Positions 37,441 to 50,114 of a DNA stretch of 64,000 nucleotides are shown here, in pieces. Where the stretch lies: contig CM068751.1 in assembly GCA_035084275.1 (NCBI GenBank), positions 2,356,001 through 2,420,000 on the forward strand, read 5' to 3'. The notes under the pieces are model-generated. The model was given only the letters and a program-made list of their open reading frames with translations. It did not search any database and was not told the DNA's origin. The number at the start of each line of letters is the position of its first letter. The stretch's first letter is position 1. Source of the DNA: Hydrolagus colliei (taxonomy: Eukaryota). Position numbers and translations under genes: made by a program.

Positions 37441-39698
37441 TCACAAACCTTTCGAGTTCCTCTCATTCTCATGATCCCTGTTTCCTTGTGGACGGGTACC
37501 TGGAACTCACCCTACAGGGAAATCAGAGCTTCAACTCATATCCTACTCCTCCGCTTCAAATCCCGCTTCAAATCCCGTCCTGACTGTTCAGTGCCTTGCG
37601 ATGTCCTCCTGACAGGAAAGGGACTCTATAAATGTAATTTTGTTGTTGTTGTTCAAATGGAATAAGGCTTCCAGAGATGGAACAATTACTGAAAACACAA
37701 GGTTTCCTGCGTGCCCAGTGTGCTCAAGAACCCAACTGCTCCTTTAGTGCCTGCAACCCCAATTTATTTTTATATTGATTCCTTTATGGAGGTTTCGTAG
37801 ACATTTTTTTGCAGTTTAATTTGAAAATGACATCTTACTTCTGAAGCTTTTTATGCCGTTAATGGCTTTCCCAGCAGATAACCTCAAAATAATGTAACTC
37901 TTCCAGTGAGTGCTTTTGTGAAACTGAAAGTACCATTTGTCAACGACAGGTAATAATAATCTGTAAAACATTTTTTCCCGGTGTTCTGTTTAAACGCTTG
38001 CAATTTGTTTCTGTATAATGCATAAATATGCTCCTAAAATTGGTGGCTCATAATTGGAAATAGTCCAACAACAAATATGATACCTAATTGCTGAAGCCAA
38101 TCTCCATCTCAAATTTGCCTGACAATAGAAAATAAACTAGTCTGGCACTAAAGCAAATGGAACACGAAGGAGACAAAAAAATTTCCCAGGACTGTTATAA
38201 AGATTAATTGTGCATACTTAATGTAGACAATTGCCACATTTGGAATTGCTTTCAGCATGAAGATACGGCGGCCTCACAAGAAGAGGAAATCTGTCTCAAA
38301 TAATCTATGGACATAAAGTGCCAAACTTTTCTCAGTTGAATCATTAAAGAAACACTGATCAGCAAAACTGCTTGTTGCCTTCAGAAACTAACCAACCAGC
38401 CATGCCTCATTTCTATAATTAAAACAGCCCATTGTGTACATACTCAGTGTTACTTTTCTGTACTATTAATTTTACTATTTCTGGATGACCAGAAATCCCA
38501 AACAGAAATCTCAGAGATAGTGACTGAAGATTTTAGTTTTAATTCTCCCTGCTCCCCCCACCCCCATCAAGTTGGCCCTATCCCCCCTTCCAGAAGCAAA
38601 ATAACAAGTCAATTCTGATGATAAATATATTGGATTATAGAAATTTAGCACATCCTTTTAAAAGGCTACGAGAGAGAGTTCAGAATAGTCATTCGGGAAT
38701 AAAATGGCAAGAATAAGTGGTGAGAAGATGAAACGTGAAGTGAATAAGGTTGATGACCATAATTTCCCTTCTTGACACCTTGTTGGGAATCCTGCCAATA
38801 GCAGTGAAGTTAGTTCTCTCCCTAATTGTTGTTAAGATTTTTTAATGAAATTACAGTATAATTGTGTAGAACCTTTCTAAGTGCTCTGAGACGTTACCTG
38901 GTGTGGAGGGCACTAAATAAGTGCAAGTTATTGTTGTCCACATTTCCATTTGTAAATTTAACTTGCATTCTATTGTGAAACCAATTCCCAAATCTCAGGT
39001 TTTGAGGTTTTACTGTTTTCAAAGGATTGTTTTGTGTTATGTATGGGTGAGCAGTCTTCGGTTGTGTAATCACATCTACTCAGAACTATTTTCAGACAAT
39101 ATGGATTTGTTATAACCAGGCCACATACAGCGATTAGAATGAAAGCATGCTTAATGTAATTGTTCTCAACACTTCTGACAAGGAGCAAGGGGATGCAGCT
39201 CAGCTACTTCAAATAATAATCTACAGCGAAAGGTCAATATTAAGACCCACTGCAGCATGCAATTCCAAGGAGAAGTGACAATACAGTATGACACAGTACA
39301 CAGCTATTCTGTCTGTTGATTCTGCCCTGTAAAGGGCGAGCACAGTAGCCTAGCAAGGTTATTTGAAAATGCTATGGCCCATTGTACTGAATTCTACACA
39401 ATTGTACGATAATTTCATTTAAAAATCCTAACAACAATCAGGGAAATAACTTCAATCCTATTACTCTTGGCAGAATGCCAACAAGGTATCACGAAAGCAA
39501 ATGATGGTCATCAACCCCACTCACTTCACATTTTATCTTCTCAGCATTTATTCTTGCCATTTTATTCCCAAATGACTATTCTGAACTCTCTCTACTTAGA
39601 TAAGGTTCCTGATTAGTCATTTTTCATTTAGCAGTGAATGTTGGCAGGCTAATCAACTATAAGAGCATTATAGCCAACTGAAATGACCTACCTATATA

Positions 39699-40424
39699 TA
39701 GTAAAAGCCTGTTTATCCAGCACCCGCGGGACCTGACCAACGCCGGTTAAAGCATCTGATGGATATTCGGGTGGCCCGCGGCCGAGAACCCACCACAAAA
39801 AAATGTAAGTTCTTTTAACACACCATAAACACCAGACTAAATAATAATAGATAATAGCAGAATATTGTATTGGTACTTATTGTTAAAACTACTCTCTTGC
39901 GCTTCTCACTTTTACTGATTGTGGTTTACAGTCCAGCGATTCTTTTTTAAATGGAGGACACCAAGTGGGTGAAACAAATGGCAACGTGATTTTAAAGTCA
40001 CGCGACTTTACTAGCGGCAAGTTGAGAGTCCTAGACTCTACTAGCGGCAAACCAAAATACTACACCTGCGCTACAATGTGGGTTATCGGCTTGCCACTAT
40101 TATGGCTTTAAAGTCTCGCTCCGTTTTTTTCACCCGCTTGGCGTACTCCATTTTAAAAAGAATCGCTGGACTATAAACCTCAACCACAGCATCCTGGCTT
40201 CAAGCGCAGCATCTACCAGTAAAGGTAAAAAGCGCAAGAGAGTAGTTTTAACAATAAGTACCAATACAATATTCTATTATTATATTATTATTTATGCATT
40301 TACAAATGCTCCATCGCTATTGTTCCGGATAAGTTCCGGTTTATTGAATGGGGACTTTTTTTTTGGCGTGCCGGGTATACAAAAGTGCCGGTTCATCGAG
40401 TCATGGATAAATGAGCTTCTACTG
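39699..40424. mobile_element. Tigger-like MITE with a long internal inverted repeat
   Basis: agtaaaagcctgtttatcc left end, ggataaatgagcttctactg|ta right end; 46-bp perfect internal arms at 39859-39904 and 40230-40275. Confidence 0.82.
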
Positions 40425-41104
40425 TACTGAGTAAATTTGCTGAGGGATCAGGAAAGTTTTCAAATGTAATTACAACATTTTCAGAATGGAATTGGCCAAC
40501 TAAGGCATGGTTTTCTCAATGATTTTTAAGGTGTTTTTTCCTTCTCGGTTATTTGGTTATGGATTTGGGGGAAGAGAGAATTTTTACAAAGAGTTGGTTA
40601 CACTTGGGCCATTGTTTTATTTAATTAGTTGTGTATTACTAGGAATGGTTTGTAATCAGTTCAGTTGCTGAAAATGCTTGTTCTGAGAATCCAATACAAA
40701 TATTAACTCATTCTTCAGTAAAGATTCAGAAAGGCACAACATGAACATCTGTAATCCTGTTATCATATTGTTATCATAATGATTTCAAAACAAGTTTGTG
40801 TCCAGGTGGGAAGGTAAACCACCATCCTGCCACTGGTAATATTACATGTTGTGTACAGTAAAAGTGGCATTAATACAGCAGTTTTGAGCTTTAAAACTGT
40901 CACATGAAGCAAAGGTTGATAGACCTGAAATCACATTGTAAAATCAATGAAGTAATTGAGAATACAAGGAGAAACGATACAATGCAACACAGGAATCGTG
41001 CATCTAGCTGGTTAAGGAACAGTGTGAGGGCAGCAAGAGGCAGGCCGAAAGATCAGGGAGAGGCACTAACATGAAGCAAATCAGTAAATTAGCAAAAAGC
41101 TTCA

Positions 41105-41215
<111 letters not shown>

Positions 41216-41218
41216 CTA

Positions 41219-41533
<315 letters not shown>

Positions 41534-43335
41534 TTATAAACCTTCATCTGCCCCTTAATTAAATTAAATGAAGAATAATAGTCAGGATTGGAATCCCATC
41601 TTTTACTTAAAGACCAAAAACTCTGTATTTCAATCACTCACTCTCCGAGGTGCATTAAAGGGACAACAAGTTTGAAATTATCATTGGTGATAAAATCATT
41701 AATCCTGCATAATTCAATCGGAACAATTTGCCTAATCAATATTATTTTCACCGTGAAATTTAAAGGACACTGTAGGTGGGAATGTAAAATAAAAGTGGAT
41801 AGAGCTTATGAAAAGAATCCATCATGGGGTCGTTTTTTTTTTCTTTCCTGCTAAAACTGTCTTGATTCACAATGTCTGCGAACTGCCAACAGAAATCACC
41901 AATGAACCAAAAGATCATCTTCACATTAACTAGATGGTTTGACAATACCTTGACACTAACTTTCTCCTGGATTTCAGAGAATGGGAAACTGGGCACATTA
42001 GTGCCTTTTCTGGCTTGTTAAGAATATTGCTTAGCCCTAGCATTCTTTTTAAACACGATGTTCAGATGGTACTTGATATTATTGCCTGTATGATGTCAGT
42101 TTCATGAGCAGCACTCAGAATTCTGATTGATGCAAATTTATTGTATTCATCAGCCTACGTGAACTCGAGAGAAGGTCCAGGAGAAATATTGGAAGACACC
42201 TTAATATATTTGTATATATTATTATTCATTAATATAGGAGTTACATTCACAGTACAAGTCAATGATATTTGATATGGAAAGGCTCCAGAGAAATGTATGG
42301 TAACTCGCTTTACCACCAAATATTCAAGAGATCATTTTTTCAAACAAACTATTCATCACCATGAGTCAAAACTAGGCTTTTATCATTGAGAGCAATTTTT
42401 AAGACTGACATTTATGTTCAATAAGAGAGTCACATAGATTGCAAAACAATAAAATATACAGAACTGTGTTTACGTTAAAGAATAATATGCATCAAAACAC
42501 ATTTTAGTTTTAAACCCACATGCACAGCTGTCACTTGATATAAGTGACATAGTGCAGATTTGCATTTTTCTGAAGAGCACATCCATGATTTGATAGATTC
42601 CTTTCAAGATTGCAACTGTATACCTGCATCATATTCAAAACTACTTCTGCTTTGTTCTCATTTCACTCTGTAATACTGATGCTGTCAAACAAGGAGAACA
42701 GAAAACAGACTGAAGTGTAATTAAGTTTAAAAGAAAGAGCAGGCTGCAGAGAAGGAGTCAGATGCTCAGAGTGGGTTTTAATGACTGGCTACATTCAACC
42801 AGTTATGAGTAACATGAAGGAGTTCAAAACAGCAATACTGTCATGAAGAGCTTTCACTTGAAAAATACAAAGATTGTTTTTATTTTGAACTACTCAAAGT
42901 ATAATTATAAGTGGTTTATTTTACCCAAGATTTACTTCCCTTTGACAAAAATGGGCAACAATTGAAGATTAACCAGAAACCAGACAAATTCAAGCATCCT
43001 TGGAGCTTTCACATATGGAGTCTTTTTGGTTCCTGGCAGCCTTCACTACCATTTTGTGAAAGGTGTTGATATTTAACTTTATCTTCATTTCATCTGGGAA
43101 AGAGATATTTATATATACATTGAAGCATTATCATCCTAACTTTCCAAATTGTCTATGGCAGGGTGCGTGGAAGGAGGGTAAAAATAGTTCTAAAGATTGC
43201 AGAGCAGTGTCTTCTGGGTTAATCTGCACAGATCTCAGTACAGTAAAAGCCTGTTTATCCGGCACCCTCGGGACCTGGCCAATGCCAGTTAAAGCGCCTG
43301 CTGGATATTTGGGCAAAAACGCAAAAGAAAATATA

Positions 43336-43850
43336 TCATAGAATCATAGAATTTTACGGCACAAAAGGAGGCCATTCAGCCCATCTAGTCTGTGCCGGCT
43401 CTTTGAAAAGAGCGATTCAATCCCACTGCCCTGCCCGCTCCCCATAATCTAACAGACCTGTTCTCCCTAAATAAAGATCTAATTCTCTTTTAAAAGTTGT
43501 TATCGAATCAGCCTCCACCACCTTTTCAGGCAATGCATTCCAGATTCGAACAACCCACTGAGTGAAAACATTTCTCCTCAGCTCCCCTCTGCTTTGTTTT
43601 GAAACTATTTTAAATTGGTGACCACGAGTCACTGATTCGCCCACCAGTGGAAACAGTTTTTCCTTATTCACTCTGTCGAATCCCCTCATGATTTTATAAA
43701 CCTCTATTAGGTCTCCTCTCAACCTTCTCTGTTCTAAAGAGAATAAACCTAGCCTATCTAGCCTTGCCCCATAGTTGAAGTCCCAAGTTTTATAGAGGTT
43801 AGTCAGCACTTCCTGACTTTTGTACTCTATACCCCAATTTATAAAGCCTA
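43336..43850 (-). mobile_element. CR1 LINE 3' fragment, left piece of an interrupted copy
   Basis: LFSLEQRRLRGDLIEVYKIM...WNALP; (tctatga) tail at 43336-43352; continues at 47312-47490. Confidence 0.92.
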
Positions 43851-44346
43851 CTTCCGTTTTTGTGAACGGAAACGCGAATCTCGGAAGGTGTGTTGCCTAC
43901 TAGGTGCCAGGGTTGAAGACTTGACTGAGCGGGTGCATCAAATTCTGCTAGGGGAAGGGGAAAATCCACTTGTGGTGGTCCATGTTGGGACCCATGAAGT
44001 TGAGAGGAAAAGGCCTGAGATGCTCCAGGGAGAATACCAGAGACTAGGAAGAAAACTGAAAAGTGGAACTTCGAGAGTGGTGATCTCTGGGTTGCTTCCA
44101 GTGCCTCGAGCAAGCCAGTTCCAGAATGCTAGAATAAGGCACATCAATGCATGGCTGGAGAAGTGGTGTAGGAAGGAGGGTTTCTGGTTCCTAGACCATT
44201 GGGACCAATTCTGGGGTAGGTGGAACCTGTACAAAATGGATGGGTTACATCTGAACAGGGCTGGAACCAATCTCCTTGCAGGGAGGTTGTCGGGTTTTGT
44301 GGGGGGGGCTTTAAACTATTCCTGGGTGGTGAGGGTGGGAAACTGA
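43851..44346 (+). pseudogene. CR1 ORF1 C-terminal SGNH/GDSL-esterase-like domain (partial)
   Basis: VCCLLGA, VVVHVGTHE, VVISGLLPVPR, DGLHLNRAG blocks. Confidence 0.85.
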
Positions 44347-44439
44347 ACAGTAGTTCAGATACGGGAGGGGTAACAAAGCGGACAGGGGTAAGGGTAAGAC
44401 GGGAGAAAAGTGCAGAGGAAGTAATTTGTGCCTTAGAGT

Positions 44440-47227
44440 GCATGTATGTAAATGCACAAAGTTTGAGAAATAAAATTGGTGAGCTGCAGGCTCAGGTTGC
44501 TGCGAGGCGATATGATGTTATAGCAGCATCAGAGACTTGGCTCAAGCATGGGCAGGAATGGGAGTTGAACATTCCTGGTTATAATGTATTCAGGAGGGAT
44601 AGAGAGGGGAGAAAAGGGGGCGGGGTGGCAATTTTAGTTAAGGACTCAGTGACTGCCTTAGAAAGGAACGAGGTGGAAGAAGGACTAAAAACCGAATCTA
44701 TCTGGTTAGAAATGAGGAATAAAAAAGGTGCAGTTATACTGTTAGGGGTATACTATAGACCACCAAATAGTGGGGAGGAGATAGACAAGCAGATCTGCAA
44801 GCGTATCACAGAGAAATGCAGAGCTAATAGAGTAGTGATAATGGGTGACTTCAACTATCCCAACATAGACTGGCAGAATAGTAGAGTAAAGGGCAAGGAG
44901 GGAGAAGAATTCCTGAAGTGTGTGCAGGACAACTTTCTTGATCAGTATGTTTCCAGTCCAACGAGGAAAGAAGCATTGCTGGATCTAGTTTTGGGAAATG
45001 AGGTAAGGCAAGTTCAACAGGTTTCTGTAGGTGAGCATCTGGGGAATAGTGACCACAATATCGTTAGATTCAGAATAATTATGGAAAGGGATAAGGAACG
45101 ATCACAGGTGAGGACACTCAACTGGAAAAGGGCTAATTTCAATGAGTTGAGGTGGGACCTAGCCAAGGTGGATTGGAAAGAAAAATTGGCAGGTAAGACA
45201 ACTAACGAGCAGTGGGCAGCGTTCAAAGAGGAGATAGTTCAGGCACAGGTCAAAAGCATCCCCACAAAGGTGAAATGTAAGGCATCCAAACCTCCCTGGA
45301 TGACTAAGGAAATCGGGGCCAAAATAAAACAAAAAAAAGAGGCTTATGATAAGTGTCAGGCTCAAAATTCAGAAGGGAATTAAGCAGAATATAGGAAGTG
45401 TAGGATAGAACTAAAAAAGGAAGTTAGAGGGGCAAAGAGACTGCATGAAAAACAATTAGCGAGTAAGATTAAGGGGAACCCTAAGGTTTTTTACCAACAT
45501 ATTAAGAGTAAAAGGTTGGTCAAGGATAGGGTGGGGCCAATTAGGGACCTAGGAGGAAATCTCATTGTGGAGGCAGAGGGCATGGCTGATGTACTGAATG
45601 AGTACTTCGCCTCTGTCTTCACAAAAGAAAAGGATACAGCCAATGCCATGGTATTGGAGGAGAGGGTAGGAGAAATGGATAGAATAATTATAACCAGAGA
45701 GGAAGTTCTAAAAAGGTTGACGTCGCTCAAGGTGGATAAGTCACCTGGTCCGGATGGGATGCACCCTAGGTTACTAAGGGAGGCACGGGAGCAAATAGCA
45801 GGGACTCTGGCCACGATCTTTCAATCTTCCTTGGACACAGGGGTCGTGCCAGAGGACTGGAGGATAGCTAATGTTACTCCCTTGGAAAAAAGGGGCAGAA
45901 GGACAAGCCTGGTAACTACAGACCAGTCAGTCTAACGTCGGTAGTGGGCAAACTTCTAGAGTCCATAATCAGGGACAAGGTAGATCTTCACTTAGAAAGA
46001 TATAGGCTAATAAAGGACAGTCAACATGGATTTGTTAAAGGCAAATCTTGCCTTACAAATCTGATAGAATTTTTTGATGAGGTAACGGAATGGGTGGATA
46101 ATGGTAGCGCAGTTGATGTAGTTTACATGGACTTTCAAAAGGCATTTGACAAAGTGCCACATGGGAGACTTATTAGGAAATTAAAGGCCCATGGCGTAAA
46201 AGGGACAGTGGCAGCGTGGATCCACAACTGGCTGCGAGACAGAAAGCAGAGAGTTGTAGTGAGTGGCTGTTTTTCAGACTGGAGGGAAGTGAGCAGTGGT
46301 GTGCCACAGGGATCAGTTTTGGGACCATTGCTGTTTGTAATCTACATCAATGATCTGGACTTGGGTGTACGGAGTACAGTTTCCAAGTTTGCAGATGACA
46401 CTAAGTTAGGGAGAATAGTAAATAGTGAGGAGGATAGTAGCCATCTGCAAGAGGATATAGACAAATTGGTAAAGTGGGCAGACACTTGGCAGATGAAGTT
46501 TAATGCAGAGAAGTGTGAGGTGATGCATTTTGGGAGAAGAAATGAAGAGAGGCAATATAGGCTAGATAGTACAATTTTAAATGGTGTGAAGGAACAGAGA
46601 GACCTGGGGATTTGTGTTAGTGACTCGTTGAAGGTGGCAGGACAGGTAGACAAGGCTGTTAAGAAGGCATATGGGATACTAGGCTTTATAAATAGGGGTA
46701 TAGAGTACAAAAGTCAGGAAGTGCTGACTAACGTCTATAAGACTTTGGTGAGGCCTCAGCTGGAATACTGTGTTCAATTCTGGTCACCACACTACAGAAA
46801 GGATGTGAAGACATTGGAAAGGGTACAAAGAAGATTTACTAGGATGGTGCCAGGATTGAGGGACTTCAGCTATGAGGAGAGGCTAGATAGGCTAGAGTTA
46901 TTCTCTCTGGAGCAGAGAAGATTGAGGGGAGACCTAATAGAGGTTTATAAGATCATGAGGGGTTTCGAAAGGGCAAATAGAGAAAAACTATTTCCACTCT
47001 TGGGCGAATCTGTGACTCGTGGTCACAGATTTAAAATAGTTTCAAGGCGAAGTAGAGGGGAGCTGAGGAGAAATTTTTTCACTCAGCGAGTTGTTCGAAT
47101 CTGGAATGCATTGCCTGAAAAGGTGGTGGAGGCTGATTCGATAACAACTTTTAAAAGGGAATTAGATCTTTATTTAGGGAGAACAGGTCTATTAGGCTAT
47201 GGGGAGCGGGCCGGGCAGTGGCATTGA
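44440..47227 (+). pseudogene. CR1 ORF2 (APE endonuclease and reverse transcriptase) with one stop and one frameshift
   Basis: YVNAQS, SETW, GVYYRPP, MGDFN, SDH; [27 protein letters not shown]; TAA at 45381-45383; frame change near 45885. Confidence 0.93.
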
Positions 47228-47311
47228 ATCGCTCTTTTCAAAGAGCCGGCACAGACTAGATGGGCCGAATGGCCTCCTTTTGTGCTGTAAAATTCTATGA
47301 ATCTATGAATC

Positions 47312-47490
47312 TATGCCTTCTTAATGGCTTTGTCTACCTGTCCTGCCATCTTCAAAGAGTCACGAACACAAATCCCCAGGTCTCTCTGTTCCTCACCCCC
47401 CCTAAAATTGTACTATCTAGCCTATATTGCCTCCCCTCATTTCTTCTCCCAAAATGTATCACCTCACATTTCTCTGCATTAAACTTCATT
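47312..47490 (-). mobile_element. CR1 fragment, right piece of the interrupted copy
   Basis: Reverse complement of about 46492-46672, contiguous in element coordinates with 43336-43850. Confidence 0.88.
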
Positions 47491-47782
47491 TTTATTTTTT
47501 TCCGGATAATTTCCGATTAATCGAATGCGGACTTTTGTTTTGCAATGCTGGTTATATGGAAGTTATGGTTAATCAGGCGCCGGATAAACAGGCTTTTAGT
47601 ACTGCAAATTCTCATATGACAACACTAGGAATTATCTTCAGAAACTAAAATGGAATTAAATTTGAGCAGATACTGTAAGCTGGTTGTCCAAATGTGTGGG
47701 ACCAGGAGTAACACACACTTTACACATTAACTCTCTCAAGCCTGAATATGGTAACACAAAGACATTGTGACCTTTCCTCTTG

Positions 47783-48170
47783 AACAACAAGAACAACAGC
47801 AAAATTACAATTGTAAACGCCTTTCACATCGGCCGGATGTCCCAAGGTGCTGAACAGTCAGAGATTAGGAACTGAGTGTGGGGTGGGGGGGATTGTTGCA
47901 GACATGGAGGGGAGAGATGTAGGAGGGTGGCTGAAGGCACAGACAAAAAGGAGGGTCTTGAGTGGTGTAAAAGCGATGTAAAGGCATTATAGGTTGAAGT
48001 TCCAAAGAGTGGGCGCTAGAGAAGATGAAAGCTCGGCTGCTGACGGGAGGGCAGGTTAGGCGGGAGATCTGGAGCAAGCCGGAGCTTGCTGAGAGGAAGA
48101 CATGTACAGGTTGATAGTGGGTCAGCAGGTCAGAGATGTAGGAGGGGGCAAGGCTGCGGAGGGCTATTGA
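47783..48170 (-). mobile_element. Old L2 3' fragment
   Basis: cgcctttcac..ggatgtcccaagg tail signature; LAPSYISDLL peptide. Confidence 0.7.
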
Positions 48171-48813
48171 TGGCATCAATGGAGCATTACTTAGACAGGA
48201 ACAGTGAAATTTGTTCATAGTCTAATTTACATATGCAAATCAACATAATTAGTACACTTCAGTCCTACAACCATATGGTTTCCACATTTTAGAAGAAAGA
48301 TCTATTTTATGATGTCATTTACATACGTTAATTTAGCTAATTGGTATAATTTATTAATATATTCTTGTAGCATATCTAATAATTTATTGCAGGCTTCGTA
48401 AAGGAATTAAGCGATTTGCATTAATCTAGTTTATAATTATGTTTAGAACCAGAATATTTTAATGAATCTAATTTGCATTATAATAAATGAAATGGTGAAA
48501 AACAATCTAAAGGCTTCACATTCAATATTACAACTTTTTGCATGTCGAGATGGGACTCAATGAATCGTTTTGAAACATGGTGAAAATTTGGTTTTCTCAC
48601 ACTGGAAGGATTCCAAAATATTAATAAATAAATAATTCAATGAAAGTCATTTTCCAGGAAAGGAAATAAGACAAGAAAATTTAACTCAAGTTCATATGTC
48701 AACTGAACATTTGAAATATATAATTTGCACATTAAGCAAATAGTCATTTAAACATTCTTGGTCCACTTAATCCAACATTCAATAGTACAATGAAGCAAAT
48801 TACGGTTACTTAC

Positions 48814-48867
48814 TGTTCGGTCTTCCAAATACATTGTTTTTGATAGAAAATCAATTCCGATAGTTGC
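48814..48867 (-). CDS. RAB6B: RAB6B exon 3 (ATIGIDFLSKTMYLEDRT)
   Basis: ttttacag| acceptor, |gtaagt donor, 54 nt; switch I TIGIDF. Confidence 0.96.
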
Positions 48868-49553
48868 CTGTAAAACAAAATGGAGAAGCATTGAAGGAGA
48901 CTGGTTTATATTACAGTTGCTGTTACAGTTTCAATTAAAAGCAACTTGTCATAATTTGATTACTTTTTGAGTTTTTAACATCAGCTTTAATTACTGGATT
49001 CAAGTTAGTACAAGTACCACCATTTGATGCATCCATGGTTTAAACTAAAGCCACTTTGAAGACCCCCACAAGATATTTTTTTCTTCATTCAGCTCAGGTA
49101 TCGGGTCTGAACGCATTAACCAAGCCAAGATTTACTATGTTGCGGGTCAAAAGCTCAAAGTACCAGATCTTGACAACTCTAAGTACAATGAAGACAGTGA
49201 TCAATGGTTGCATACCTTAGGTAGATCCACAGCCTGCTTTTGAGTGAAACAATGTTTAACAATAACATTCCCTGAATTTAAACAACTTTATTTGCACAAT
49301 ATCACAGTTGATAAAACTAGTATTGTACCTCTTATGGAGCACACGGATTAGTGTGTACTGGATGAGCCAATCTTACCTGTAGCAGTGGTAGGAATCTCCA
49401 GATATTTCCCAGCCCCACTCTCTCACTTTCCCACAGTACAAGTTCTATACGCACTTAGATTAGAACATTTGTTACTATAATGGGAAAGCAAGACCCCCTT
49501 CTCTCCATTTCACAACACAAAAGTAATAAAACTCAAACCATTCAAACATCGTA

Positions 49554-50114
49554 CAGGTCGCCCTCCCCAACCACATTCCGTTAAACCTCCGCGGTTGGCA
49601 AAATCGTGGTTGGAAAATGCAGGGCCCTGTGGCGAACATGGGGATACAGGGAGTAAGTTCGCGTTTAGTAAAACTAAACACAAAAAAACATGCAGTTATA
49701 ACATGCATGGGGATAGGGGAAATCAATTTGGGCGCATCTGCAGCAATCCATGAGGCTGTCTGACTGACTGACTAATCAACACAGAAAGAGAAAAAAATCA
49801 TGGTGGGTGACACGCAGGGTGGGGGGGGGGTGGGTGACACGCAGGGTGGGTGGGGGGTGGGTGACACGCAGGGTGGGGGAGAGAAATCAACGGAGATTTA
49901 TCTTAATCCTAAGAGAGAAGTGACATCTCGCTGGTTGATTGCGACCGAGCAACTGGGTCCTAGTGCTATACGCTATGCTAAACTTGAAAATGTAAACCCG
50001 TGGATTTAAATCGCGGATGCGCAGAACGGAATTTTGCGAGGGTTGTCACATTTAGCAAACCATAGATACATGAATTTCGTGGTTGTCGAGGCCGCGGATG
50101 GGGCGGGATACCTG
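49554..50114. mobile_element. Tigger-like DNA transposon relic
   Basis: ta|caggtcgccctcccc and ggggcgggatacctg|ta ends; CpG-rich ccgcgg/cgcggat subterminal motifs. Confidence 0.65.
49802..49880. repeat. G-rich minisatellite, about 27 bp x 3
   Basis: ggtgggtgacacgcagggtggg(g)n repeated three times. Confidence 0.9.

Larger units (their letters stand above)
43851..47315 (+). mobile_element. CR1 LINE of about 3.5 kb, 5'-truncated within ORF1, recently inactivated
   Basis: ORF1 esterase plus ORF2 endonuclease and RT; 3' tail ttctatgaatctatgaatctatg. Confidence 0.96.
43241..47604. mobile_element. Tigger-like MITE split by two nested CR1 insertions
   Basis: Left end ta|cagtaaaagcctgtttatccggc (43241-43320); right end gccggataaacaggctttta (about 47495-47604). 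Confidence 0.8.

Noticed and set aside
41011-41019. Perfect U12 branch motif TTCCTTAAC on the minus strand about 90 nt downstream of exon 4
   Set aside because: No upstream U12 donor is visible, and one 9-mer hit in 64 kb is expected by chance
43336-47315. DNA transposon or DIRS-like element with 500-bp terminal inverted repeats
   Set aside because: The apparent left TIR continues beyond the right end at 47312-47490, showing nested CR1 copies rather than TIRs
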